Shown piece after piece: positions 48,368 through 58,698 of a DNA stretch of 64,000 nucleotides. The notes under the pieces are model-generated. The model saw only the letters and a list, made by a program, of their open reading frames with translations, was not told the DNA's origin and ran no database searches. Position 1 is the stretch's first letter; each line of letters begins with the position of its first letter. The stretch is from an uncultured Gemmatimonadales bacterium. GTDB lineage: Bacteria; Gemmatimonadota; Gemmatimonadetes; Longimicrobiales; Gaopeijiaceae. Made by a program: the position numbers and the translations under genes. The stretch is from positions 2,496,001 to 2,560,000 of the forward strand of contig CAWELD010000003.1 of assembly GCA_963809895.1 (NCBI GenBank), in the 5' to 3' direction.

Positions 48368-51106
48368 GCCCGTTGCGCAGTCTCGTGTGGTGGCTCCGCA
48401 GCCGCCTGGGACGAGGTCGGATCACGCGCGAGGTGGACGAGGACATCCGGACCCACATCGAGCTGGACGCCGAGCGCCTCCGCAAAGAAGGGCTGGCCCC
48501 CGAGGAGGCCCTCCGCCGCGCCCGCGAGCGCTTCGGAAATCAGGAAGGCATCCGCCGGGAGATGCTGGCCATCGCCGCGGGAAAGCCGTCGCCCTCGAGC
48601 CACTCCCTGGCCGAGTCGGTCACGCTTCATCTGCGTCACGCCTTCCGCTCGCTCCGCGCCACCCCGGGAGCCACCGCGCTCGTCGTGGCGACCCTGTCCA
48701 TCGCCGTGGCGGTCCACACGCTCACCGTCGCCGTGGCGAACACGGTCTTCCTGGGTGACGGCGGGGTCTCGGACGCGTCGCGGGTGGTCTCGGTCTTCGG
48801 ATATTACGAGGCGCTTCCCGAGGGGCAGAGGGAGCAGCCCCTCGCCGGCCTGCAGGTCGCGCAGACGCTGAACGCCGACGCGGCGGAAGCCGTGGCGGGC
48901 TTCAAGTCGGACTACTTCAACCTGACCGGCCACGGGCGGCCTCGTCGACTGGACGGCTTGCGCACGACGCCCGGCCTGTTCCGGGTGGCGGGGGTTCGTC
49001 CGATGCTCGGACCGGGCTTCCGGGACGTGACGACCGGTGAGGAGCGGGTGGCCGTGATCTCGTGGAGCCTCTGGCAGGAGTTGGGGGCGGATCCCGAGCT
49101 GCTCGGCACCGCGCTGCAGCTCAACGGGGAGCCGTTCGCCGTGGTGGGCGTGATGCCCGAGGGCTTCGACTTTCCCCGGCGGGAGGACCTGCCCGCAACC
49201 GTGCGCCTGCCCCGCCACCCCGACATCTGGGTGCCCTACGTGCTCCCGGAGCGAGGTCCCGGTGACATGGGCGTCGTGGCGAGACTGCGCCCCGGCGCCA
49301 CGCTGGCTGCGTTCGAGGGCGACATGAAGGCCGCACTCCGGGCCTTCGCGGCATCGTTGGCCGATCGCCTGAACGGACAGGAGCTGCCCTACAACCTGCG
49401 GGCGGTGCCGCTGCGAGAGCAGGCCACGGGCCCCATCCGGCCGGCGGTGACTCTCCTCCTGGTGGCGGCGACCCTGGTCCTCCTGGTGGCCATGGGGAAC
49501 GTGACCGGTGTGGGTGTGGCCCGTGGCGAGGCCCGGGCCGGCGAGCTCGCGGTGCGCATGGCCCTGGGCTCTGGACGCCGGGGGGTCGCGGCGCTCATCG
49601 CCGCGGAGAGTCTGCTGCTCGGCTCCGTGACCGCCGTGATCGGCGTGGGCCTCGCGGCGAGTCTGGCGGCCGTGGTGCGTGACGCGGCGCCCGCGAGCAT
49701 GCCGGGCGTGGATCAGCTCCACATCCCCCTGCCCTTGATGGCGCTGGCGCTGGCCGTCTCGCTGGCGGGAGCGGGGTGCCTGGCGCTGGGGTCGGTGGCT
49801 CGCGTGCGCCGCTGGAGGCTCGGTGACGTCCTGCGCGGCAGTCGTGATGCGGGGTCCCGGGGCACCCGCCGCACGGGGCTGGCTCTCATCACCGTGGAGC
49901 TCGCTGCCACGTTGGTCCTTCTCTCGGGGTCGGTGGTGATGGTGAGGAGCGTGCTGGGGCTGCTTTCCGTGGATCCCGGCTTCGACCCGGGTCCGGTGCT
50001 CACCGCCGAGATCACCCTTCCGGAGGCGAGCTACCCCGACGAGGCGCGAACGCGGGCTGTGCAGCGAGCACAGCCGGCCGAGGGAGCCGACCCACCCGTG
50101 CCGCAATTCCAGCGGGCTCTGCTCGAACGCCTCGAGGCGCAGCCCGGAATCATGGCCGCCTCCTTCGTCCATCCCCTCCCCTTCGGCGGCGGCCAGGAGG
50201 CCAGCGTGTACTGGGTGGAGGGCCAGGAGCCCTTCGACGACCTGGCCATCGTGGACTACACCGTCGTCAGCGAGGGCTACTTCGAGAGCATGGGCATCCC
50301 GCTGCTGCAGGGACGCGAATTCACGCGGGCCGACCGGCACGACACGGAGCCCGTGGTGGTGGTGAGCCAATCCCTCGCCGACCAGTTTCCGGGCGGCAAG
50401 GCGGTGGGGGCCCGCATGAAGCTGGGCGGAGCCGCAGAAGCGCCGTATCCCTGGCTACGCGTCGTCGGGGTCGTCCCGGACGTGAAGCGCACCGACCTGG
50501 TCGAACCCCGCTCGGCCCGAGATGTACGTGCACGTCGCGCAGGGCGGCTACACCTCGCTGTCCACCTCGCGCCTGGTGGTGCGGGTGGCGGACGGCATGG
50601 CGCCGACCGATGCGGTGCCGGCGATCCGCGCCAGCCTGGCCGACATGGACCCGGACGTGCCGCTGGAGAACATCCAGTCGATGAACGATCTGTTGGCCGA
50701 CGCCACGAGCCGCGTGCGGTTCACGGCGCGGCTGGTGCTGGGATTCGCGGTGCTGTCGCTGCTCATCACCGCACTGGGGCTGTATTCGGCCGTCTCCTAC
50801 GCCGCCACGTCCCGCCGGCGGGAGCTCGCCGTGAGGGTGGCGCTGGGCGCGTCGTCGGGCGAGGTGCTGGGGACGGTGCTGGGCGAGACGGCGACGGCAC
50901 TGGTCGGGGGACTGCTCCTGGGGGCCGGCGGCGCCTACCTCACCTCGGGGTTGCTACGCGGGTTGGTATACGGCGTGGCGCCCTTCGAGCCGATATCGCT
51001 TCTGGCGGCCGTGGGGATCCTGTGCGCCACGGTGTTGCTGGCGGCGCAGGGCCCGGCCCGTACGACTCTGCGCATGGATCCGGCGAGGGTGCTGGCGCGG
51101 GATTGA
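48364..51106 (+). pseudogene. ADOP-type duplicated permease with a +1 frameshift (pseudogene or sequencing error)
   Basis: Homology continues from ..RTDLVEP into a second frame (ARPEMYV..MDPARVLARD); removing one C from CCCC at 50506-50509 restores one ORF. Confidence 0.8.
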
Positions 51107-51195
51107 GTGGCGGCGGCTGGCTTCCGCCGGGTGCGGGGCCCAAGATGGGGGAGAAGCGGAAGCGCCTCCATCTCGTGCCCGGACCCGTCTGAACG

Positions 51196-54132
51196 ATGTC
51201 TCGACCGCTCCTTCACTGCCGCCTCACCCTTCGGTCGCTACTCCCGGTGGCCTCGTTGGCCTCGTTGGCCCTCTGCGCCGGGAGTGCGACCGCCCAGCGA
51301 CCCAATCCCTTCGCCGAGCTGACCTTCCGTTCCATCGGCCCCGCCGTCACCGGAGGCCGCATCCACGACGTTCAGGCGCTGGCCGACGACCCCGGCACGA
51401 TCTGGGTGGCCAGCGCCACGGGAGGGCTGTGGAAGTCCACGAACCGGGGCACGACCTGGGACCCGGTCTTCGACGGTCAATCCACCGGCACCTTCGGCGT
51501 GGTGGCGGTGGCCCCGTCGGACCCCGCCGTGGTGTGGGCCGGCACCGGCGAGCAGAACAACCGCCAGAGCAGCTCCTGGGGGAACGGGGTCTACCGCAGC
51601 ATCGACGGCGGCGGGACCTGGACGCATCTGGGGCTGGAGAATACCCGGGCCATCGGCCGCATCCTGGTGGACCCCTCGGATCCCGACGTGGCCCTGGTGG
51701 GCGCGCTGGGTAACCTGTGGGCACCCTCCGAGGACCGGGGCGTGTACCGCACCACCGACGGCGGGCGCACCTGGCAGAAGGTGCTCTACGTCGACGATGT
51801 CACGGGCATCGTGGACATGGCCCGGGACGGCGGCGACGCCAACACCGTGTACGCCGCCGCCTACCAGCGGCTCCGCCAGCCCTGGGGCTTCAACGGCGGA
51901 GGGCCCGGCAGCGGCATCTTCCGGAGCACCGACGGCGGCCAGAGCTGGGAGCGCCTCACCGAGGGGCTGCCCGAGGGCGACGAGGGCCGGATCGGCCTGG
52001 CGACCTCGGCCCACACCGCGGGGCTGGCCTACGCGGTGATCGAGCACGACGACGCCGGAGGCATCTACCGGACCACCGACGGCGGCGACCACTGGGAGCA
52101 GATGAGCGACATGAACTCCCGGCCCGCGTACTACAGCGGGTTGTACGTGGATCCCACCAACGACCGGCGGCTCTACCTGCTGACGCGCTGGTTCTATTCC
52201 AGCGAGGACGCCGGCGCCACCTGGCGCACCATGCCCACCGAGCCCACCTACGACGTGGGCCTCAAGGGCGACTACCACGCCATGTGGATCGACCCCAACG
52301 ACTCCCGCCACTTCTACCTGGCCGGCGACGGCGGGCTCTACCAGACCCACGATCGGGGCGAGACGTACGTGCCCTACGAGAACATCCCCATCGGGCAGTT
52401 CTACGGCCTCGGGCTCGACGACCGCTCACCCTACTGGATCTACGGGGGGATGCAGGACAACCACTCGTGGGAGGTGCCCAGCGCCACGCGTCACTACCTG
52501 GGCATCGCCCCCGGCGACTGGCGCGAGATCGGCTTCAACGACGGCCTGGAGCACGACGTGGACGTGGACGGTCCGCGCTACGTGTACAGCAACGCCGTGC
52601 AGGGCGACCTCACCCTGGTGGACGCCTACAACGGGGACCGCCGGGACATCCATCCCGTGGCGGCACCGGGCGAGCCCGAGCTGCGCTGGGAGTGGATGAC
52701 GCCGGGGGCGGCGTCGAAGGTGAGGCCCGGCACGTACTACTACGGGGCCCAGCGGCTCATGATCACCCGGGACCACGGCACCACCTGGACGGGCACCGAG
52801 GACCTGACCCGGGCCATCGACCGGGACACCCTCACCATCATGGGCGTGCGGGGCTCGGAGCCCATGCTGTCCAAGAATGACGGGCAGAGCGACTTCAGCG
52901 CGCTGAGCGCCGTGGCCGAGTCGCCCGTGGACCCGACGGTGCTGTGGGCGGGCAGCGATGACGGCAACCTGCAGGTGAGCCGCGACGGCGGCGACACGTG
53001 GACCAACGTGGCCGCCAACCTGCCGGGCATGCCCGACGGGGCCTACGTCAGCCGCATCGGACCGTCGCGGGCCGGGCCGGGCGTGGCGTACGTGGCCGTC
53101 GACGACCACCGCCGCGGTGACTTCCGACCCTACGCCTACCGGACCGACGACTTCGGCGCGACCTGGACCTCGCTGGCGGCGGGGCTGCCCGAGGACGGCT
53201 CCGTGCGCTTCATCGGCGAGCACCCGGACCGGGCCGGAGCCGTCTTCCTGGGAACCGAGCACGCGCTCTACTTCTCGCCGGACCGGGGCGAGACCTGGTA
53301 CCCGCTGGGGGCGGATCTGCCGGCCACGCTCTACATGGAGGTCGAGGTTCAGCCGAGGGTCCACGACGCGGTCGTGGCCACCCACGGTCGGGGCATCTAC
53401 ATCCTGGAAGACGCTTCATCGCTGGCCGAGTGGACCCCCGAGGTCGCCGCTGAAGCGGCCCACCTGTTCTCGCTCCGACCCGCGCACATCTGGCAGTACT
53501 GGGAGGACTATTCCTACCGGGGACAGGACTTCTGGGCCGGCGAAAATCCCCCGGAAGGCGCGGTGTTGGACTACACCCTGGGCCGGGCCGCTCCGTCGGC
53601 GACGCTCACGGTGCGGAACGAAGACGGTGCGGTTGTGCGCACCCTCGAAGGCCCCGGGAGCGCCGGCACGATCCACCGGGTGACGTGGGACCTGCGCCAC
53701 GAGCCGCCGCCGTCGCAGCCCGACGACCCGAACCGGCCGCAGGCCCGGGCCCTGCCGCGGCCGCCGCGGCCGCTGTCGCCGGTGGGACCCTGGGTCTCGC
53801 CGGGAACCTACACGGTCACGCTGGAGGCCGGCGGGGCGACCTCGACGCGAACCGTCGAGGTGAGGGGGGATCCGGGAAAGCCGCGGCTCACCGCCGCGCA
53901 GTACCGTGACCGGGAGCGCTTCCTGGTCGAGCTGCTCCATCTCCAGCGGGAGGCGTGGGAGCGCATGAGCCAGCCGGGAGCCTCGGGCGCGCTGCGCCGC
54001 GTCTACTTCGGCACGTCGAGCCTGGCGGGAGACTTCAACGGCTCGGGTTCGGTGCAGGGATCGCTGTATCCGCCCACCCCCGAGCAGCGGCGGCGACTGG
54101 AGGAGCTCAAGGCGCAGCTCGGCGGGGGGTAG
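51196..54132 (+). CDS. VPS10/sortilin-like BNR-repeat exported protein
   Basis: Signal peptide; FRSIGPAVTGGRI, many SxDGGxTW Asp-boxes, GGMQDNHSW, ATHGRG. Confidence 0.88.
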   Translation: MSRPLLHCRLTLRSLLPVASLASLALCAGSATAQRPNPFAELTFRSIGPAVTGGRIHDVQALADDPGTIWVASATGGLWKSTNRGTTWDPVFDGQSTGTFGVVAVAPSDPAVVWAGTGEQNNRQSSSWGNGVYRSIDGGGTWTHLGLENTRAIGRILVDPSDPDVALVGALGNLWAPSEDRGVYRTTDGGRTWQKVLYVDDVTGIVDMARDGGDANTVYAAAYQRLRQPWGFNGGGPGSGIFRSTDGGQSWERLTEGLPEGDEGRIGLATSAHTAGLAYAVIEHDDAGGIYRTTDGGDHWEQMSDMNSRPAYYSGLYVDPTNDRRLYLLTRWFYSSEDAGATWRTMPTEPTYDVGLKGDYHAMWIDPNDSRHFYLAGDGGLYQTHDRGETYVPYENIPIGQFYGLGLDDRSPYWIYGGMQDNHSWEVPSATRHYLGIAPGDWREIGFNDGLEHDVDVDGPRYVYSNAVQGDLTLVDAYNGDRRDIHPVAAPGEPELRWEWMTPGAASKVRPGTYYYGAQRLMITRDHGTTWTGTEDLTRAIDRDTLTIMGVRGSEPMLSKNDGQSDFSALSAVAESPVDPTVLWAGSDDGNLQVSRDGGDTWTNVAANLPGMPDGAYVSRIGPSRAGPGVAYVAVDDHRRGDFRPYAYRTDDFGATWTSLAAGLPEDGSVRFIGEHPDRAGAVFLGTEHALYFSPDRGETWYPLGADLPATLYMEVEVQPRVHDAVVATHGRGIYILEDASSLAEWTPEVAAEAAHLFSLRPAHIWQYWEDYSYRGQDFWAGENPPEGAVLDYTLGRAAPSATLTVRNEDGAVVRTLEGPGSAGTIHRVTWDLRHEPPPSQPDDPNRPQARALPRPPRPLSPVGPWVSPGTYTVTLEAGGATSTRTVEVRGDPGKPRLTAAQYRDRERFLVELLHLQREAWERMSQPGASGALRRVYFGTSSLAGDFNGSGSVQGSLYPPTPEQRRRLEELKAQLGGG

Positions 54133-54134
54133 CC

Positions 54135-54677
54135 TCAGCCGAAGAGCAGGCGCACGGTCCACACGGCGATGATCATGGCGGCCAGGTCCGCCGTGAGCCC
54201 GGCGGGTACGGCGTGGCGGGTCTTCTTGATGCTCACCGCCCCGAAGTAGACCGCCAGCACGTAGAAGGTGGTCTCCGTGGACCCGAACATGACGGCCGCC
54301 ATCTTCACCAGGATGGAATCCTCGCCGTACTGGTGGATCATGTCGGCCACGATGGCCGCCGAGCCCGAGCCCGTCAGGGGCCGGATGATGGCCATGGGGA
54401 GCACTTCCGGCGGGAAGCCGATGGCACCCAGCACGGGCCGCAGCAGCTCCGCCAGGAAGTCCATGGCCCCGCTGGCCCTGAACATGCCGATGGCCATGAG
54501 GATGGCCACCAGGTACGGGATGATGCGGATGGCGACCTCGAATCCCTCCTTGGCACCTTCGACGAAGGTCTCGTAGACCGGCACCCGCTTGTAGAGCCCG
54601 TACAGGGGAAAGAGCACCAGGATCAGCGGGATGACGAAGTAGGACAGGAGGCCGATGGTCTCGCGCACGGTGTCCAT
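54135..54677 (-). CDS. spmB: SpmB-like membrane protein
   Basis: VYETFVEGAKEG, RPLTGSGS, GSTETTFYVLAVYFGAV..RHA. Confidence 0.88.
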   Translation of the reverse strand: MDTVRETIGLLSYFVIPLILVLFPLYGLYKRVPVYETFVEGAKEGFEVAIRIIPYLVAILMAIGMFRASGAMDFLAELLRPVLGAIGFPPEVLPMAIIRPLTGSGSAAIVADMIHQYGEDSILVKMAAVMFGSTETTFYVLAVYFGAVSIKKTRHAVPAGLTADLAAMIIAVWTVRLLFG

Positions 54678-54686
54678 GGCGCCTCC

Positions 54687-55712
54687 TCAGTCCGACGGGC
54701 CGGCGGCGGGCGAGGACGGGCCCGGCGGCGGTGTCCGATTGGGGTCGGAGGCGCGGACGCCTGGCAGGCGCCCGAAGAGCTTGGTGGCGACGATGGCGAT
54801 GACCAACGACAGCCCGGTGGTGATGATGATGGCGAAGATGAGCTGGTTGATCTGGAGCCCCATGAGCGCCAGCAGCAGAACCGGCGGTACGAGTTGCACG
54901 CTGGCGGTGTTGACGGCCAGGAGCATGACCATGGAGTTGGTGGCCGTATCCTCGCTGGGATTCAGCGTCTGGAGCTCCTCCATGGCCTTGATGCCAAAGG
55001 GCGTGGCGGCGTTGCCGAGGCCGAAGATGTTGGCGGTCAGGTTGAGGGCGATCATGCCCAGCGCCGGGTGGTCCGGGGGGATCTCCGGAAACAGGGGACG
55101 CAGCACGGGGCGCACGACCCGCACCAGCGCATAGATGACACCCGCTTCCTCGGCGATCTTGAGAATCCCCAGAAAGAGGGCCAGCACGCCGATGAGGCCC
55201 AGGGCGATCTGCGCCGCGGTCTCGGCCGAATCGAGGGCTCCGGCGGCGATGGCATTGAGTTTGACGAAGCGCACGGGCTCGAAGCGCACGGCCGCACCAG
55301 CAGCGGCGCCCGGACCGGCAGTGGCCGCAGGCGGCGTGAAATCGGTCAGGGTGCCCTGGAGCTCGTCGTCCCGGGAGCTGGAGACGCCCCGGATCGTGGC
55401 GAGTGGCTCCGGCAGATCGGCGCCGGCGTCGAAGCGGAGCTGACGGCCTTCACGGGTCTGCACCAGGTAGCCGTCGTACGTCGTGTCCGCCGGACGCTCG
55501 TCGGTTCCGTAGAAGTCCCGGTACGTGCCGGGGGCGATCCGGATGCGAGCGGGAACGCGGCGCGCTCCGGGCTCGTACCCCTGCGGGAAGGTGAGCTCCA
55601 CGGGCAGGGGCTGGCCGTTGCGGTAGGTGTCGTGGGCCAGGTCACCCACGTCGAACACCATGGCGAAGACCAGGGCCGACACGATGAGCCCCGTCCAGAT
55701 GTAGTTGAGCAT
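54687..55712 (-). CDS. spmA: SpmA-like membrane protein with large soluble insertion
   Basis: MLNYIW, LRPLFPEIP, ANIFGLGNAATPFGIKAMEELQ, NTASVQLVP. Confidence 0.85.
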   Translation of the reverse strand: MLNYIWTGLIVSALVFAMVFDVGDLAHDTYRNGQPLPVELTFPQGYEPGARRVPARIRIAPGTYRDFYGTDERPADTTYDGYLVQTREGRQLRFDAGADLPEPLATIRGVSSSRDDELQGTLTDFTPPAATAGPGAAAGAAVRFEPVRFVKLNAIAAGALDSAETAAQIALGLIGVLALFLGILKIAEEAGVIYALVRVVRPVLRPLFPEIPPDHPALGMIALNLTANIFGLGNAATPFGIKAMEELQTLNPSEDTATNSMVMLLAVNTASVQLVPPVLLLALMGLQINQLIFAIIITTGLSLVIAIVATKLFGRLPGVRASDPNRTPPPGPSSPAAGPSD

Positions 55713-55727
55713 GGGCGGCGCTCCTCG

Positions 55728-56288
55728 TCAGTCGCGCCAGGTCGTCAGGTCACGGGCGCTCGAGCGGGGCTTGGGATCCGGCGTGTCCACGGGTTCGCCG
55801 ATCTGGATCAGCGCCACGATGCGCTGGCCGTCGGGAACGCGCACCGCGGCCCTCGCTGCGGGATCATCCATGACCGCCCCGGACTTGATGTGCGTCCCCA
55901 GTCCCATGGCCTCGGCCGCCAGCGCCAGATTCTCGAGGCCCATGAAGATGGCCGCGTAGTCCTCTTCGCGGATCTCGGGGTTGTCGTCCAGGGGCATGGC
56001 CACAGCGACCAGCGCCGGCAGCGCCTCGTAGTCCCCGGCGACCTTTTCCCGCACGGCGTGCGCCGCGTCGGGGTCCTCGACCTTCTTCGCCTTGCGGGCC
56101 CCCAACGCTTCACCCCACGCCCGCCGAGCCCGGGGGCCGAGGACGTAGAAGCGCCACGGCTGGGTCATGCGGTGGTTCGGGGCCAGCGTCACACTCTCGA
56201 GGAGCCGCTCGATCTCGTCGCGGGACACGGGACGGTCGGTGAAGTGCTTGATGGAACGTCGATTCTCGATGGCGGCAAAGACGTCCAA
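55728..56288 (-). CDS. Nitroreductase family protein
   Basis: GGAGG before TTG 56288; RRSIKHF, APNHRMTQPWRF, NLALAAEAMGLG. Confidence 0.88.
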   Translation of the reverse strand: MDVFAAIENRRSIKHFTDRPVSRDEIERLLESVTLAPNHRMTQPWRFYVLGPRARRAWGEALGARKAKKVEDPDAAHAVREKVAGDYEALPALVAVAMPLDDNPEIREEDYAAIFMGLENLALAAEAMGLGTHIKSGAVMDDPAARAAVRVPDGQRIVALIQIGEPVDTPDPKPRSSARDLTTWRD

Positions 56289-56419
56289 GGATGATCCTCC
56301 GTGAGGTGGAACGAGCGGAAGGTCATGAAAATGAACGCTTCCCGCGGCTCGCGCACCTCGATAAGCGTGCGGAGCCGGTGGCCGGACCTGTTCGGGGCTC
56401 CCGGAGCGGCTCCCCGTGG

Positions 56420-56920
56420 TTACGGGTGATCGGCCGGGATGATGCTCAACCGACCATCCGGCTCGACATAGGCGGCCATGCAGTCCTGGATCGAGTTGAG
56501 GCCCTGCTTGCGTAGCTCCTCCATGATTTCGTCTTCTGTGAGAAGCTCTTTGCGCGCGTTCTCGCGGACGATCTCTCCGTGCTGGATGACGGGCAGCGCT
56601 CGTTTGCGGAGGAGGGCCCGTGAAGCCGGAATGCGATACGCGACCTGGTCGATCAACCACTCCCAGAAGAGCAGGGTCCCGCCCGCGATGGCGGCGGTGC
56701 CCACGCTGGGATCGTGCCCGGTGAGGCCCAGGCGCACGGAGCTCGCGAGGAGCACCAACAGCAGGAGGTCGGAGATGGCCAGGTGGCCGAGTTGTCGCCT
56801 GGAGACCATGCGCAGTGCCAGCAGGAGCAACAAGTAGACCGCCGACACGCGCACGAAGATCTCGAGAAGCGGCGTCTGGGGGATGAAGATGCGGCCCCAC
56901 TCCACCGGGCCCAGGTGCAT
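56420..56920 (-). CDS. DUF421/YetF-like membrane protein
   Basis: Three TM helices, RRQLGHLAISD, then ELRKQG..AYVEPDGRLSII. Confidence 0.85.
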   Translation of the reverse strand: MHLGPVEWGRIFIPQTPLLEIFVRVSAVYLLLLLALRMVSRRQLGHLAISDLLLLVLLASSVRLGLTGHDPSVGTAAIAGGTLLFWEWLIDQVAYRIPASRALLRKRALPVIQHGEIVRENARKELLTEDEIMEELRKQGLNSIQDCMAAYVEPDGRLSIIPADHP

Positions 56921-56928
56921 GATTCCTC

Positions 56929-57402
56929 CTAGCTTTTCATCGAGGTCACTTGGCTCAGCGCGTCCTCTGCGGAAAGTCGCCCGACCGCGCCATTCGAATA
57001 GCTCGAGAACCGCACCTCTCCAGCCGGATCGAGGATGAACTGGGCGGGCTGTAGATACGATTTCTCGTTCTCGTGAACGAAGAGCCCGAGGCGGTCGTGC
57101 ATCGCCTCCACGTCGAGCCCGTAGAGGACGGGAAACCCCAGTTTCTGCCCCTCCTTCATCTCGCGTGCGCCGTCTTCGTCCTCCGACGACAATGCCACGA
57201 TCTGCACGGCCTCCCGGTCGAAATCCTCCAGGCGCTCATTGAAGCCGGCCAACTGCCGGCGACAGTGTGGTCACCAGTGTCCGCGGTAGAAGATGAGCAC
57301 CGCCCACACTCCCTCTACATCGTCGGGGAGCGTCATGGGCTTCCCGCCCACAGCGGCAGCTCGCACCGTGGGAAATTCGTCTCCTCGGTCGAGCATGGGC
57401 AT
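56929..57402 (-). CDS. Peroxiredoxin-like (AhpC/TSA) selenoprotein, UxxC, in-frame UGA at codon 44
   Basis: ORFs either side of TGA 57271-57273 are in frame and read LIFYRGHW-U-PHCRRQL; GGAGG before ATG 57402; hairpin just downstream of UGA. Confidence 0.85.
57244..57260 (-). promoter_or_regulatory. Bacterial SECIS-like hairpin
   Basis: GCCGGC-AGUUG-GCCGGC starting 10 nt after the UGA, G-containing loop. Confidence 0.7.
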
Positions 57403-57451
57403 GTCGCGTCCCTCCAACTGGGGTGTGCTTCTGAGTGCCGCGAAATAGAGA

Positions 57452-57467
57452 TGCAACGCCGGTGCCA
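57452..57467 (-). promoter_or_regulatory. sigma54 promoter upstream of the selenoprotein gene
   Basis: Minus strand TGGCAC-CGGCG-TTGCA, 49 nt upstream of ATG 57402. Confidence 0.75.
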
Positions 57468-57573
57468 ACGGCGACCCCGCATGACACCATGGCGCTCGGC
57501 GGGGGGGCTTCGCCATCTTTTCTGGACATTGGCCATCCGGGCCTCCCTCCCAACGGGCCGAATAGGAGTAGCC

Positions 57574-58698
57574 ATGCCCGATTCCCCGGCCGGTCTCGAC
57601 CTGCAATCCGGTGACACCCTGGTTCTCGTGGGCACCACCAAGGGTGCCTTCCTGCTCCGCTCCGACGCCGATCGGCGTCGTTGGGACGTCGACGGCCCCC
57701 ACTTTCCCGGCGAGGAGGTCTATGCGCTGGCCTTCGACCAGCGGGCAGGCCGGAAGACGCTGTGGGCTTCTCCGTCCAACCCCTTCTTCGGAGCCACGCT
57801 GCGGCGTTCCGACAATGGTGGCCGCTCGTGGTCCGACAAGGACGAGCGGCCGGTGAAGTTCCCCGAGAGCTCGGGCCTCGCGCTCAAGCGTGTCTGGCAG
57901 ATCCGGCCGGGACGGGACGACGATCCGGACCGGCTCTATCTCGGTGTCGAACCCACCTGCCTGTTCGAGAGCAAAGACAACGGAGCGACCTGGGCTCCCG
58001 TCCAGGGATTCCTGGAGCACGAGCACCGACCCAAGTGGACGCCCGGAAACGGTGGCCTCTGCCTGCACACGATCCTGCCGGACCCAGCCGACCCCGAGCG
58101 CATCCTGGTCGCCTTCTCCACCGGGGGCGTGTACCGCACGGACGACGGAGGAGCCACCTGGAGGCCGCGCAACCACGGCGTGCGCGCGGAGTTCCTGCCC
58201 GACAAGCATCCGGAGTTCGGGCAATGTGTGCACAAGGTCGCCCACCATCCGTCCCGCCCCGAGCGCCTCTACCTCCAGAACCACTGGGGCCTCTATCGGA
58301 GCGATGACTGGGGCGAGTCCTGGCACGACATCGCCAACGGCGTGCCGTCGGACTTCGGTTTCCCCATGGTGGTGCACCCGCATGACCCGGACACCGCGTA
58401 CATCGTACCCCTGGAGGCTGACGCCTTCCGCTGCACACCCGAGGCCAAGCTGCGCGTCTACCGTACGCGCGACGCGGGAGCCTCCTGGGAGCCGCTGACC
58501 AGGGGACTCCCGCAGGATGGCGCCTACGAGACCGTCCTCAGGGATGGCATGGACGCCGACGATGCGGAAGACGCAGGCATCTACTTCGGCACCCGCAGCG
58601 GCAAGGTGTTCGCTTCAGCCGATTCGGGCGACTCCTGGATGCTTGTCCGGGAGGGCCTCCCCCCCGTCGTGTGCGTGAAGGCAGCAACCGTGGTATGA
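57574..58698 (+). CDS. Cytoplasmic BNR/sialidase-like beta-propeller protein
   Basis: AGGAG before ATG 57574; LVGTTKGAF, repeated SxDxGxSW boxes, GGLCLHT, GQCVHK, LQNHWG; no signal peptide. Confidence 0.85.
   Translation: MPDSPAGLDLQSGDTLVLVGTTKGAFLLRSDADRRRWDVDGPHFPGEEVYALAFDQRAGRKTLWASPSNPFFGATLRRSDNGGRSWSDKDERPVKFPESSGLALKRVWQIRPGRDDDPDRLYLGVEPTCLFESKDNGATWAPVQGFLEHEHRPKWTPGNGGLCLHTILPDPADPERILVAFSTGGVYRTDDGGATWRPRNHGVRAEFLPDKHPEFGQCVHKVAHHPSRPERLYLQNHWGLYRSDDWGESWHDIANGVPSDFGFPMVVHPHDPDTAYIVPLEADAFRCTPEAKLRVYRTRDAGASWEPLTRGLPQDGAYETVLRDGMDADDAEDAGIYFGTRSGKVFASADSGDSWMLVREGLPPVVCVKAATVV

Noticed and set aside
50510..51192. C-terminal part of the 959-aa ORF as a novel domain
   Set aside because: Out-of-frame read-through after the frameshift; homology continues in 50522-51106
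51248..51271. 9-bp tandem repeat GGCCTCGTT
   Set aside because: Two copies encoding ASL-ASL in a signal peptide; in-frame and unremarkable
51430..53300. Recurring similar DNA stretches suggesting a repeat array
   Set aside because: Coding BNR/Asp-box repeats, irregularly spaced; not CRISPR
56340..56420. Imperfect hairpins between DUF421 and nitroreductase as a riboswitch or ncRNA
   Set aside because: No recognisable family motif; GC-rich stems expected by chance
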